64,000 bases of DNA from Felis catus. Taxonomy: Eukaryota. Location of the stretch: positions 9,798,001 through 9,862,000 of the forward strand of contig NC_058383.1 of NCBI RefSeq assembly GCF_018350175.1, given 5' to 3'. Each line of letters begins with the position of its first letter. Positions within the stretch are counted from its first letter, which is position 1. A program made the position numbers and the translations under genes. Of this stretch, positions 47,383 to 60,654 are shown in pieces. The notes beneath the pieces are model-generated. The model had not been told where the DNA came from, made no database searches, and saw only the letters and a program-made list of their open reading frames with translations.

Positions 47383-47605
47383 TTGTTTTGTTTTTTTTTT
47401 TAATTTGACAGTCTGTGTTTTAAATTGGTCTGTTTAGATAATTTACACTTAATATAAATTTTGATTGGTTAGGATTTAAGTCCGCAATTTTACTTTTTTC
47501 TATTTGTTCCCTCTGGTTTTTTCTGTACTCTCTTGCCTTTTTCCTTCCCTGTTGTGTGATATTTGAACATTTTTTTAGTATGCCATTTGAATATGTCTGG
47601 AGGGT

Positions 47606-47821
47606 TTTTTTAATTTTTTTTTAACGTTTATTCATTTTTGAGAGAGAGGGAGGGAGGAAGCAGGGGAGGGGCAGAGGGAGAGGGAGACACAAAATATGAA
47701 GCAGGCTCCAGGCTCTGAGCTGTCAGCACAGAGTGCCATGCGGGGCCCAAACTCAACAACCGTGAGATCATGACCTGAGCCGAAGTCGGACGCTTAACCG
47801 CCTGAGCCACCCAGGTGCCCC
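47606..47821 (-). mobile_element. Can-SINE
   Basis: TSD tgtct(g/a)gagg. Confidence 0.92.
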
Positions 47822-48204
47822 TGTCTAGAGGTTTTTAATGTAGCTCTCATTTTATAGGTTTTAGTGGTTGCTTTAGAGGTTGTATTATACATACTTAGGA
47901 TAATTTACTAGTATCAGTCATTTTACCAGTTCACGTGGAATGTAGAAATTTTACCACCTTTAGGTCTCTTTGCCTTCCTTTATATGAGGCTTTAGTCTTA
48001 AATATTACCTCCGCACACATTGAGAACCTCATGAGATGATGTTATAATTTTGCTTTCAGCCATCAAACGTAACTAGAAATTCAAGAGATTATATTCACCC
48101 AGATATTTACACCAAAAAATGCTTTTTTCTTCATTTCTGTCTGATGTTTCAAGTTTCTGTTATTTCTTTTTCATTTGAAGAAGTTTCCCTTGATGACTTT
48201 TAAA

Positions 48205-48565
48205 AAAAAAAAAGATTTTATTTTTAAGTAATCTCTACACCCAATGTGAGGCTCGAACTAACAACCCTGGGATCAAGAGTCGCACGCTCTTCTTTTTTTT
48301 ATTTAAAAAAAATTATTTTTAACCTTTATTTATTATTGAGAGACAGACACAGAGCGTGAGCAAGGGAGGGGTAGAGACAGGGGGAGACATAGAATCTGAA
48401 GTAGGCTCCAGGCTCTGAGCTGTCAGCACAGAGCCCGATGCGGGGCTCGAACTCACAACCTGTAAGATCATGACCTGAACCGAAGTCGGTCGCTTAACCA
48501 ACTGAGCCACCCAGGCGCCCCAAGAGTGGCACACTCTTCTGATTGAGCTTGCCATCCACCCCCCC
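48205..48565 (-). mobile_element. Short older tRNA-SINE with a Can-SINE (48294-48520) nested inside
   Basis: Host aagtaatctctacacccaatgtgaggctcgaac...; duplicated aagagt(c/g)gcac(g/a)ctcttct. Confidence 0.88.
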
Positions 48566-49037
48566 TTGATCACTTGTTTTGGAGCCAATCTGATGGTGGC
48601 AGATCATTTCATTTTCCTTTATTTCATAATGTCTTTATTTCTCCTTTGTTCCTGGAAGATATTCTCACTGGATATAGAATAATGGCTTTTCAGTTCTTTT
48701 CTTTCAGCACTTTAAAAATATTTGCCACTTCCTTCTCTCCTCATGATTTCTGATGAGAAATTGTTATTCCTTTGCATTGTTCTTCCCCTGTAGGTAGTAT
48801 TTTCCCCTGTCAAGGTTTTTTTCTTTATCTTTAATTTTCAGACATTTGATTATGATGTGTCTGGGTGTTGATTTATTTGGGTTTATCCTTTTACGGTTTG
48901 CTCAGATTCTTGAATTGGTAGGTTTACGTCCTTTGCCAAATTTGGGATATTTCCAGCCATTATTTCAAGTATTTTTTTTAACTTTTTTTCTTTTCTTTTA
49001 ATTTTTTTTTAATTTCCATCCAAACTAGTTAGCATAT

Positions 49038-49470
49038 ATTTTTTTAACTTTTTTTAATGTTTATTTTTTTGCGAGAGAGACAGAGCGTGCACAGGGGAGG
49101 GGCAGAGAGAGAGGGAGACACAGAATCTGAAGCAGGCTCCAGGCTCTGAGCTATCAGCACAGAGCCTGACACAGGGCTCAAACCCATGAGCCGTGAGATC
49201 ATGATCTGAGCTTAAGTCCGATGCTTAATTGACCGAGCCACCCAGACACCCCTCAAGTTTTATTTATTTGTTTGTTTATCTATAAGAGAGAGTGAGAGAG
49301 CATGCATGCACATGCACAAGCCGAGGAGGGGCAGAGGAAGAGGGGGAGAGACAATCCCAAGCAGGCTCTAAACCTAGCACAGAGGCTTGATCTCATGACC
49401 GTTATATCATGACTTGAGCCAAAATCAAGAGTCAGATGCTTAACCAACTGAGCCACCCACATGCCTCTCT
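49038..49470 (-). mobile_element. Two tandem Can-SINEs (49038-49252, 49258-49470)
   Basis: Two reverse-complement bodies; tcaagt(a/t)ttt repeated at the junctions. Confidence 0.9.
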
Positions 49471-50566
49471 TCAAGTATTTTGTGTCCTTCACTCTTTCCT
49501 CTCTTTCTAGAACTCCAGTAAAATGAGTAAGATCTTTTGTTATTTTCCTGTGGACACTTGTTCATTTTTTTCTGTTTTGTCTCTGTTGTTCAGATTGGAT
49601 CATTTCTACCGATGTATCTTCAGGTTCACTGATTCTTTCCTCTGTTAAATCTTCATTTTGTATTAAGCACATCCTGTGAATTTTTCACTTACTGTAATTT
49701 TTCATTCTGAAATTTCTATTTGGGCCTTAAGATATTTTACTTTGATGAGGCTTGCTATTTTCTGGTATCTTTCAAGAGTGTTCCTAATTACTTCTGGGAA
49801 CATTTTTGTGATAGCTGCTCTAAAATCCTTATTTAATAAATCCAACATCTGGTCACCTTAATGTTGGCATCTGTTGGTTTTCTTTTCTCATTTGAGTTGT
49901 TTTTCCTGGTTCTTAGTATGAGGAGTAGGTAATTTTGTATTTTATCCTGGGCGTTTTGAATCTTCTGTTTTGAGGCTCTAGTTCCTATGTAAATCTTCTA
50001 TGTTAGCAGTTAGTCAGTATGTTTATATTCAAAATGCACATCCTGGTCCCTCTATGTAGCCTCTGGTTTGAAGGTGACTTTGTTTTTCAGAACCTTTGCA
50101 GAGCTGTTTTGGCCTGCCCCACTAGTGTGCTACCCAGAGGCCGGTTTGAACCCTCAGAGTATTCCACATTGTAGTTCAGTTCTCAGAGCTTCAGAGCTTT
50201 TGCTGTGTTGATGCTGGTGGGTTTCACACATGGGCTGCTTAGGGAGGCATGCCCAGTACTTCATACCCGTATTTAAAGAATCCCTTTTTCTAGATCCTCA
50301 CTGTCTACTTGAGAGGGGAGGGGGTGCCAGCTTTTTTAGTATTATTCAGTTAGTGCAGGTGGTGGATGATGGGGCTCCTCCCCAGTCTCCTCAGTGCCTG
50401 GTGGGGAGGGGAGAGGCTCTACCTCTGCTTTGTTGGTGCAAAGTGGGCCTGGTCTACAGGGCTTCATCCCACAGTCTCTGCAGTACCTGATGGGAGGGGA
50501 AAGGTATGGATTCTTTCCCAGCGTTTGCCTGGAGTAGGGTGGCTGTAGTCAAAAGGGTACCGTCCT

Positions 50567-50807
50567 GGGGCGCCTGGGTGGCGCAGTCGGTTAAGCGTCC
50601 GACTTCAGCCAGGTCACGATCTCGCGGTCCGTGAGTTTGAGCCCCGCATCAGGCTCTGGCTGATGGCTCAGAGCCTGGAGCCTGTTTCTGATTCTGTGTC
50701 TCCTTCTCTCTCTGCCCCTCCCCCGTTCATGCTCTGTCTCTCTCTGTCCCAAAAAAAAAAAAAAAAAAAAAAAAGTTGAAAAAAAAAAATTAAAAAAAAA
50801 AAAAAAA
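50567..50807 (+). mobile_element. Can-SINE, young feline subfamily with long A tail
   Basis: Perfect 16-bp TSD aaaagggtaccgtcct. Confidence 0.95.
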
Positions 50808-51819
50808 AAAAGGGTACCGTCCTGCAGAACTACCCTCTTCCTGGTCATCTGGCTGGAGAGAGTGGGCTTTTCTTGGCACTTTTGTGTTTGGGGTTGCGGG
50901 GGTGGGGCCAGGGCCTGTTGGCGTATTCTGGTTGCAGACTGCTCTGTCACCAGAGCCAAGATACGAGAAGGCAAAAGAGACAGACCACCCAGGGAACTCA
51001 CCACTGGGTCTCCTCTCAAGTCCCTAGCCAGTTGGCCTTCTTTTTTCCACCTTTCAAGAGGTTTTTTGATAGTTGCCTCATGTATTTTAAACAGGAGTTT
51101 CGGTTGTAATTAGCAAAAGGAATGTGATGGAATGTCCTTACTCCTTCTTCTGTGGGGCCAGGAACAACATCAGGCGTTTTTAATTGTTTTCTTTATAAGT
51201 TTTAGAGTGTTACTCCTCATTTTAGCAGTGATACATTTGCTGCCGTGTGATGAAAATTCCTATCCATGTTGTGTGGGGGTGACGTCTCGTGGTCCCCGTG
51301 CTGCGGCAGGCAGTGAAAACCCGACCCCAGTCCACAGTGTGCAGAACTCCACTCTCCAGCCCCTCTGCCTTTGGACCCTGGCCCATGGGACCTCTCCAGA
51401 TCTCTCCCCTCATTTCGTCCATCCATTTGGGCCCTGTTCTCCCCGTGACCAGCCTCAGCCTTGTCACCCTTTGCTGGACTCACAGTAGTAGGACTGGCAG
51501 GAGGAATAGGTGGATAATACGTGTCAAGCACTTAGAACAGCAGCTGGCCTGGGGGAAGCAGTCATTACGTGGTGGTCGGTGGCTGTTACACCCTTCAATT
51601 TTGGCATAGTCTCCGCTTCAAGTAAAAGACAACCCAAGGTGTCTGTGCTCTCCCACTGAAGTAGGGGAGTCGGATTCTTGTTAGCTTCAGTTCGAAGATG
51701 AAATTTTCACTCCTCCAGCCGTCTGCAGACATTTATTGAGCGCTCACGATGTTGTGCAGCCAAAGACGGACAAATAGTATATATGTGAATGTGCACAATA
51801 AAGTAAATAAATGCAGTGA

Positions 51820-52035
51820 GGGGTGCCTGGGTGGTTCAGTTGATTAAGCATCCGACTTGCACTCCGGTCACGATCTCACAGTTCATGAGTTTGAGCCCTG
51901 TGTCAGGCTCTGTGCTGATAGCTCAGAGCCTGACCTGGAGCCCGGAGCCGGCTTCAGTTTCTGTGTCTCCCTCTCTCTCTGCCCCTCCCCTGCTCACACC
52001 CTGTCTCTCTGTGTCTCTCAAAACTAAACGTTAAA
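51820..52035 (+). mobile_element. Can-SINE
   Basis: Head, (CT)n, A tail; TSD aaataaatgc. Confidence 0.9.
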
Positions 52036-53211
52036 AAAATAAATGCCATGAAATTAGTCTGTACTAGATAGAACGGGGACCCCAGGGCAAGCGTGGCCAT
52101 ATGTTTCAGGTTGAGGAAGGGTTCACAGAGGTGGTGATGCTCAGGTTGAATCTTAGAACATAAGTAGGTTTTCCCCATGTGAGTAAAGGCATTTCATGCA
52201 GAAGCAGACATCATTGTGGCAGGTAGTTTAGTGTCCACATAATCTGTGTCATGTCTTCAGGTGGATTGACATTGTACGCTTAGAGAGGCACGCGAGACAG
52301 GCTCTAACCTAATTTACGAGGTTATGATTCTGGTTTTATCTCTTATCATTTGCATACAGATATTTATAATTTTGCCTGATGGAAAGTATTAATACTTGCA
52401 CAGTGATACACAGTAACCATTTGAAAGACAAACTTCATGGATCTGACTCTGCAGACAAGACCAGCAGCCGTACACGCATTCAGTCCCAACTAGAAGGTGA
52501 GAAAAAGACCCGCTGAGTCACTGATCTGAATGGAGGATGAAGGCAAGGAGTACGGGGTAGCAGATGCCTAAGTGATGGCAACTTGAGATTTTGCTGCAGA
52601 CGTGCTGGGTCTCCCCGTAGCCACTGGGCTGCTGATACGCCTGTGCGGTCTCCATTTTTAGCTGCCTCGAGCATCTGTTAGAGGCAGAGCCGTTTCTCCA
52701 GATTTCCGTTGCTTTGTCTGGATACAACTTGGCCAGATTCCATTTTATCTTCCATGCGGGGGCCTCTGGGGCGGGATGGCAGCTAAACCGGGCAGCTTTC
52801 CCCGCACCGTCACCGGTCTGCTGCTGTCCTCTCGAGCTTCTCTTTTCCTAGGACACTGCTGCCTGGAGGCTGCTGCTCATATCGGGGGCAGCACAGAGGG
52901 CCTGGCCCAGAGGCCTCCGAATCTCCCCTGTGTATCTTCCTTCTGCACCACTTTTTCCTGCCTCTGCTTTCATCACAGCCTCTCTTTGGACTGCAGCCTC
53001 TCACATTCCTCCACCTGAAACTCTTCCCCAGGCTCCTCTTAGCCCCTGACCCCCTCTGCCTAGGACAAGACTTCCTCACTGAGGCCTTTGCTGGCTGACC
53101 TCTTCGGCTAAGTTGTGCCCCCACCGCCCATCCTATGCTGTCACGACAGCCTGGGGCAGATTGTATTCTGCCCCAGAATGCAGGTATTACTTTGTGCCAC
53201 ACAAGATACAG

Positions 53212-53268
53212 CACCCCGCCTGCTCTTCTTACCATATCTCCCACCCCGCGTGCTCTTCTTACCACATA
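53212..53268. repeat. 30-bp tandem duplication
   Basis: caccccgc(c/g)tgctcttcttacca(t/c)at occurs twice. Confidence 0.85.
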
Positions 53269-53269
53269 A

Positions 53270-53789
53270 CCTTACTGCTGCTCCCGTCGCATGATGGTGG
53301 CAGTACGTCTCTTCCCCTAGAACCTGTGCACATCTTTGAGATTGCCTTGACCAAATACAGGAGGACGGAAGTGATGCGTGGTACTTCTCAGGCCAGATCA
53401 TCAAAATGCCATGCACGTCTACCTTTCTCGCCAGGAGTGCTCACCAGGAGTACGGCCAAGCTGCCGCACTCTGAGGAAGCTCCAACTGACCAATAGGGAG
53501 AGACAACAGGCGGAAGAAGCATGTAGCTGTAACGGCCCACGGGTCAGCAGAGGTCCCAGCTGACGGCCGGCACCAGTCTCTAGTATGTGAGCTGAGATAC
53601 CTCTAGATGATTCCAGCCCCCTACCGTCAGCCACCCCTAGCCTTTGAGTCTTCCTAGCTGAGTTCCCAGACATGGTAGAGCAGAAACAAGCCAGTCCCCT
53701 GGAATCACAGAATCCCTGAGGATCATAAAATGAGTGTTTTATAACCACTACATATTCTGTTGGTTTCTTACGCTATTAGTAACTGAAGC
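53270..53789 (+). mobile_element. MaLR LTR (MLT1G/H-like)
   Basis: gaggtcccagctgacggcc...gatgattccagcccc...gagtcttcctagctgag...cagacatggtagagcagaaacaagcc...cacagaatc...taactgaagca. Confidence 0.7.
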
Positions 53790-54403
53790 AATCCTTTTCT
53801 TTTCTACTTCTGTGCTTTTCGGTGCATTTCTTGTGGTTTAATGTATGCTCCTTGAGGGCCGGTACTGTGTCTGTAGTGGTCATTGCTGTATCTTGTGTGG
53901 CACAAAGAAGGTGGCGGGTGCACAATAAATAATGAATTAATGAGTAGGAGCTATGTGTTTCTTCTTTTGATGTGGGTAGACACGTTGGTGTCTGTATGTG
54001 CAAGCAGGCACACATGTGTTTCTGCTTCCAGGGTAGCTTCTGGCCTGTGGTTCTGTGCTTAACGTGTTAGTCCCTCCCTCCCCAGGCATCTCCTCTCCCT
54101 CCCCACCCTGACTGATCTATTGGTGTGAGACGTACTTGATTGTTTCTGCCACCTGGTTTTTTTTTTACTTGACAGGTGGTGCCTGTAAAGGTTCACATCA
54201 CCACTGCAGGGACAAGGGGAGAAAAGGTGAAGAGATAGGAGGCTAGGAGTTCCAGAGACAAACTTGACCCATTTCATAATTTTGTCAATGACCGTCTTGA
54301 GAGAATAAATACGAACCTTAGGTTATGTGGTATTTTGTCCTTCAGGGCTGGTCACAGGTAGTATAGACTGTGGGGTTAACAGCCATTATGGAAAAGCTTC
54401 AGC

Positions 54404-54417
54404 CTGCCCTCTAGTGG
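54404..54417 (-). promoter_or_regulatory. Candidate CTCF core site
   Basis: The - strand reads CCACTAGAGGGCAG, a close match to the CTCF core consensus, in non-repeat sequence. Confidence 0.5.
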
Positions 54418-54696
54418 GAAGTAGCGCATTCCTACTGTAAGTAGGGAAGTCGTAAAATCCTACTATATTCCACTCCCAGGCAACCTGGATCTCGGAACAA
54501 AGAAATTAGAGTGTAGGGGCCAGTTCTGTCTTGCCGACGATAATCGGGGCCTACGACATTATCTGGCATTTAGTAGGAGCTCCACTAAGATTTCCTGAAC
54601 AGACTAAACAACGTGCACTGTTTATGAATGCCAGCACATTTCTCAAGAGCCTCCTGTGTTTAAGACATTAAACCAAGCACTGTAGATGATAGAAAT

Positions 54697-54879
54697 CAGG
54701 GCCAGGTAGTTAATATTTTGGGCGTAGAGGCCATATGGTCTCTGTCCTACTCAACTCTGCTGTTGTGGTAGGAAAGCGGCCATAGACAATACATAACCTA
54801 ATGAGCATGTCTCTGTTTTAGTGAAATTTTATTTACAGAAACAGGTGGCCTGCTTGCAGGCCATAGTTTGCTAATCCCA
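54697..54879. mobile_element. MER58A-like hAT DNA transposon
   Basis: gggccaggtagttaatattttggg...ggccatatggtctctg...ctactcaactctgc...ggccatagtttgctaatccc. Confidence 0.75.
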
Positions 54880-55676
54880 ATATAAATGATAGTATAAATA
54901 ATAAAAATGGGGATGTTTCTAGTTGGGTTCACCAGTAACTCCCGTTGCCAAATCCCCTAGATCCTGTAAAAATGTTTTTTTTAGTATGAAGTATTTCAAA
55001 TCTCAGAAATGTACAGAGGACAATATAATGAATACCTCATTCATCTATCACCCAGATGTACCAAATGTTCATATTTTTCCATGTTTCAAATCTTGAAAAA
55101 TAACAATACATTATAGGTACAATTGAAATTCCTTTGTGTAGGCCAACTGGATGCCATTCTCTTCTTTCTCTTCCTGTCCGGAAGTGAACATAATGTTGAA
55201 GTTTTGTGTTTTCTTCCCATGCATGCAGTTACATTCTTAATATATATGTAGGTATTCATATTAGGTATATTATTGTTTAGCATCCTTTAACTTTGCATGC
55301 ATCGTTATGCCACTTTGCTTTTCCACTTACCATTGTTTTTGACATTGATCCATATACTGTGTGTACAACACTGAATTATTTTCAATGGGAAGTGCTTTTT
55401 GCACACTAAGAAATCTTGGCCTCTCCCAAGGTCACAAAGATTATCTCCTATGTTTCCTTCTATATGTTTTATAGTTTTACCTTTTGTTAAATTTTCTGAT
55501 CCATTTTTAACTAATTTCTACATCCATGTGGGGCTCGAACTCATGAGCCCAAGATCAAGAGTCATATGCTCTACCAACTGAGGCATCCAAGTGCCCCTCT
55601 CTGATCCATTTTCAATTAATTTTTGTGTATGGTGTGAGGTAGGGGTTGAGATTAATTTTTCCCATATGGGTGTCTT

Positions 55677-56208
55677 GTGTGGGCATTTTATAATATGTTT
55701 ACAAATTCTATGATACTCCTGTCTTCAAAAGATAGAACCCCATTCTCTTCTCTTAGGTGTGGACTGTACTTAATGACTTGATCTTAATGAGTAGAATGTG
55801 ATAGAAATGATGTTATGTGACCCAAGATTAAGGCATAAAAGGCATTTTGGCTTCCCCCTTGCTCTCTCTCCTTGATGATTCACCCTGTGGGAAGCCAAAT
55901 GTCATTATGGAGAGGTCCACATGGTGAAGAACTAGGCCTTCTGCCAATGGCTGGCAAGGAACTGAGGCCTTCTCTAAATGCTAAGTGAGTGAGCTGTCTT
56001 GAAAGCAAATTCTACAGCACTAGTTGAGCCTCCATATGACTGCAGCCCTCACTGATGTCTTGACGCCCACCTCCTGGAAGATTCTGAGCCAGAACCACCT
56101 AGCTAAGCCACTCTCAAATTCCTGACTCACAGAAACTGTAAGATAAGAAATGTTTGTTGATTTAAGCCAGTAAATGGTGGGAAGCTATGCAGTAATACAT
56201 AACTAATA
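55677..56208 (+). mobile_element. MaLR LTR (MLT1F-like)
   Basis: acaaattctatgatactcct...ggagaggtccacatggtgaagaact...tgagccagaaccacctagctaagccactctcaaattcctgactcacagaaactgtaagataa...taactaata. Confidence 0.78.
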
Positions 56209-56478
56209 GGTCCAATGTCCTAGCATCTTCCCCTTTGAATTACAATGGTGCCTATATTGAACACCAGTTGACTACACATATATGTCTTTTTCCTGGATTC
56301 TCTATTCTATTCCAGTAATCGATATGTCTGTGTTTATGCCAATAACATACTGCCTTGATTGCTATGACTTTTACTATAGTCTTGAAGTCAGGTAGTGCAA
56401 GTCCTCCAACTTTGTTATTGTTATTTCTTTTGTCAAAATTGACTTGGCTATCCTGGGTTCTTTTGCATATCCATATAT

Positions 56479-56708
56479 ATTTTATTTTATTTATTTTTTT
56501 AATTTTTATTCATTCATTTTTCGAGAGACAGAGAGAGACAGAGTGTGAGAGGGGAAGGGGCAGAGAGAGGGTGACACTGAATCCAAAGCAGGCTCCAGGC
56601 TCTGAGCTGTCAGCACAGAGCCCAACATGGAGCTCGAACCCATGAACCGTGAGATCATGATCTGAGCCGAAGTCGGACGCTTAACCGACCAAGCCACCAA
56701 GGGGCCCC
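56479..56708 (-). mobile_element. Can-SINE
   Basis: TSD tccatatatatttta. Confidence 0.92.
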
Positions 56709-56738
56709 TCCATATATATTTTAAATCAGTTAGTCCAT

Positions 56739-56927
56739 GGGGCGCCTGGGTGGCTCAGTTAAGCGTCTTTGGCTGAGGTCAGGATCTCATGTTTCGTGAG
56801 TTTGAGCCCCGCCTTGGGCTCTGTGCTGACAGCTCAGAGCCTGGAGCCTGCTTTGGATTCTGTGTCTCCCTCTCTCTCTGCACCTCCCCCGCTTGCACTC
56901 TGCCTCTCGCTTTCTCAAAAATAAATA
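56739..56927 (+). mobile_element. Can-SINE
   Basis: GGGGCGCCTGGGTGGCTCAG head, aaaaataaataa tail; TSD agtccat. Confidence 0.9.
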
Positions 56928-58414
56928 ATCAGTCCATTTTTACAAGAAAAAAAACCTACTGGGATTTTCATTGGTATTGCACCAAATCGATAGTTCAACA
57001 TGAAGATAGTGGCTATCTTAGCAATATTGAATCTTCTAACACATGAACATATATCTCTCCATTTATTTAGATCTTCTTAAATTTCTCTCAAAAACACTTT
57101 GCAGATTTGTGTGATGTTTTACTATAGAGGTCTTGTACATATTTTGTTAAATTTATTGCTGTTTTTCAAGTTTCTATGCTATTATAATTGGTATTGTATT
57201 TTTAAGTATAAAATTTTAATTATTGCTAAAATTGATTTTTATATATTGACACTTTTCGTGTACTTTTGCTCAGTTCACTCATTAGCTCTAGCAGTCCTTT
57301 TGTAGATTGGGTAGGATTTTCTTTGAACACAAATCATTTTCTCTGCAAATAAGGAACACCTTTGCTTCTTCCTGTCCAATTTGCGTGTCATCGCGTTCTT
57401 TTTCTTGCCTTGATTGCCCTGGTAATGTTGAATAGAACTGATGAGAGTGGACATCCTTAACTTGTCCCAGTCTTTCCTCATTAAGTGTAGGCTTAATTAA
57501 GTGTACAGCTCATTCGCTGTAGGCTTTCTAACATGTCCTTTATTAGGTTGAGGGAGTTCCTTTTTTTCCCTAGCTCACTGAGAAATATTTTTACTTCATC
57601 ATAAATGGGTGTTGAATTTTGTCCATTGCTTTTTACTGACTGGATCCTCTGCCTTTTAATTGGAGTGCTTCTACCATTAACTTTAATGTAATTATTGACA
57701 TTTTAGGTTTGCTTTTATCCTCTTGCTGTCTGGGATTTGCTCTTTGTTCCTGTTTCCCTCTCAGTTCTGCATTCTTGTGGATTAATCCAGTACTTTTTGT
57801 TATTCCATTGTCTCCTTTGTTGACTTGTTAGCTTAATTCTTTGTTTTGCTACTTTAGTGATACTTTAAAGGTTTTAGTATTCATCTTTAACTCATCAGAG
57901 CCTACAAGTAATAGGTGGGCACATCATATATATGGCTTAAAAACCTTTTTTCCCCTGTCTCCCCATCTTAAAAACTTTTTAATATTATACTTTCATCCCT
58001 ACCTTTATGGCCCCTTGTGCTATTGTTATTATGTATTTTACTATTACTCATGATACAAGCCCCTCAATACATTGTTGTTGTTTTTCCAAGATTGATTGAG
58101 ATATCATTGACATATTGACAAAGTTCAAGGTGTACAAATTGATGATCTGAAACATGTATATATTGTAAAATGATTACGATAAAGTTAGTTAATACCTCCA
58201 TTCCCTCACATAATTACCATTTGTGTGTATGTGTGGTGATAATATGTCAACAAATTTCAAGTATACAATACAGTATTGTTAATTATAGTCATCATAATAT
58301 ACACTAGATCACCAGAACTTGTTCATCTTACGGCTGAAAGCTCTGACCAACATCTCCCCATTTTCCTCACCTTCCGGGCCCTGGCAATGACCATTCTATT
58401 CTCTGGGAGTTTGA

Positions 58415-58620
58415 TTTTTTAATATTTATTTTTCTATGTTTATTTATTTATTTTGAGAGAGAGAGTGCAGGCAGGGGAGAGGCAGGGAAAGAATCTCAAG
58501 CAAGCTCTGTATTGTCATCACAGAGCCCAGTGCGGGGCTCGGGCCCATGAAGTATGAGCTCTTGACCTGAGCTGAAAATCAAGAGTCAGACGCTCAACCA
58601 ACTGAGCCACCCAGGTGTCT
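58415..58620 (-). mobile_element. Can-SINE
   Basis: TSD gagtttgatttttt. Confidence 0.9.
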
Positions 58621-60654
58621 CTCTATGAGTTTGATTTTTTTAGATTCCACATATAACTGTCTCTGACTTATTTCACTTAGCATAATTCCCTCAAGATCTA
58701 GCCATGTTGTCACTAAAAGCAGGATTTCTTTCTTTTCATGGCTGAATAATATTTCCTTCCCTGTCCATACCACATTGTCTTTATGCAGTCACCTGTAGAT
58801 GGACACTTGGGTTATTTCCATGGCTTGGTTATTCTAAAGAATGCTGCAGGGAATGAACATGCAGAAACAGCTCTCTTCAAGGTCATGATTTCATTTCCTT
58901 TGGACATACACCCAGAAGTGAGATTACTGGGATATATGGCAGTTCTGTTTTGTGTGTTTTTGAGGAACTGCCAAACTGTCTTCCACAGCAGTATTTGAGG
59001 GTTCTAATTTCTCTATATCCTCACCAACACTTACTTTCCTTTTATTATTATTATTATTATTATTATTTATTATAGTCATCTTAGTAGGTGTGAAATGGTA
59101 TCTCATTGTGTTTTCATTTACATTTCCCTTATGACTAATGGTACTGATTTCATGTCCTTGTTGGCCATTTGTGTATCTTTGGAAAAATATCTGTATGAGT
59201 CCTTTGCTTATTTTTTAATTGCACTATTCCTTTTGTTGTTGTCGACTTGCAGAGATTTGCTGTATATTCTGGATGTTAAACTCTGATCAAGTACCTGATC
59301 TGCAAATATTTTCTCCCATTCTGTGGACCGGCTTTGCACATTCTTGATAATCCTCTTTGATGCACAGGGTTTTTTGTTTGTTTGTTTGTTTATCTTGTTG
59401 AAGCCCAGTTTAGTTCCTCTTTTGTTGTAATGCTTTTGGTATGAAAGCCAGTGTCATGAAGAATTTACCCCTTTGTTTTCTTTTAGAAATTTTAGGTTTT
59501 AGCTTTCATATTTAGAATTGATTTCTTTTCAGTATTGTTTTGCATATTTGGAACCCTTGCAGTTCCTTAGGAATTTGAGGATTGACTCTATTTCTGCAAA
59601 AACAAAAAAAAAAGCTACTGAAATTCGGATAGGGATTGCATTGAATCTGTAGATTGCTTTGGGTAGGATTGCCATCTTAACAATAAGTGTTCCAATCAAT
59701 AGGGGTGTCTTTCTATTAGTTTAGGTCTTCTTTAATTTCTTTCAGCAATATTTTTTAGTTTTCAGTATGCAAATCTTTGGTAAAATTTATTCCTAGGTAT
59801 TTTAGTATCTTAGATTTTACTGTAAATGGAATTATTTCCCCAGGTTTTTTTTTTTTTTTTGATTATTTATTGCTGATGTATACAAACAAAATTTAACACA
59901 ATTGATTTTTGTGAGATCTTATATTCTACAACTTTGTTGATTTTATTAGCTCTAGTGACTCTTTTGTGAATTCTTTGGGATTTTCTGTGTAGGATTGTGT
60001 CATCTACAAATAGAGATGGTGTTATTTCTTCCTTTGGAATGTGGGTGTCTTATTTCTTTTTCTAGTCTAGTATCTCTGGTTAGAACTTCCAGTTCATTGT
60101 TGAGTAGCAGTGGCTAAAGGCTGCATCCTTGTTCTTTATTTTATGGATGCTTTCAGTCTTTCACCACTGAATATGCTATTAAATGTAAAGTTTTCATAAA
60201 TACCTTTTGTCACCTTGAAGAATTTTCTATTTCTGCTTTATCATGACAAGATGTTGGATTTTGTCAAATGCCTTTTCTACATTAGTGGAGATGAGTATGT
60301 GTTTTTCCTTTATTCTATGAATGTGGTGTATTACACTGATTTTCATATATTGAACCAGCCATACATCCTTAGGATAAATCCTACTTGGTCATGATATATA
60401 ATACTTTTTATATGCCAGATTTGGTTTGCTGGTATTTTGTTCAGGAGTTTTGCATCTCTTTTTTTTTTTCCAAGTTTTTATTTAAATTCTAGTTAGTTAA
60501 CACATATGGTAGCATCTATCTTCATAAAAGATATTGGTCTATAGTTTTCCTGTGATGTCTTTATCTGGTTTTGGTATCTGCCCTCTAGAATGACTCGCAA
60601 AGTGTTCCTCGTCTTCTGTTTTTTGGAAGAATTTGAGAATAGTTGGTGGTAATT

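Larger units (their letters stand above)
45700..51110 (-). mobile_element. Degraded old L1 (ORF1/5' region) fragments with several inserted SINEs
   Basis: gatctgctgctgaacccctctagtgag...ccagaatttctg; ttctttcagcactttaaaaata...tttctgatgagaaatt...ttgattatgatgtgtctgggtg...gccaaatttgggatatttccagccattattt. Confidence 0.65.
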
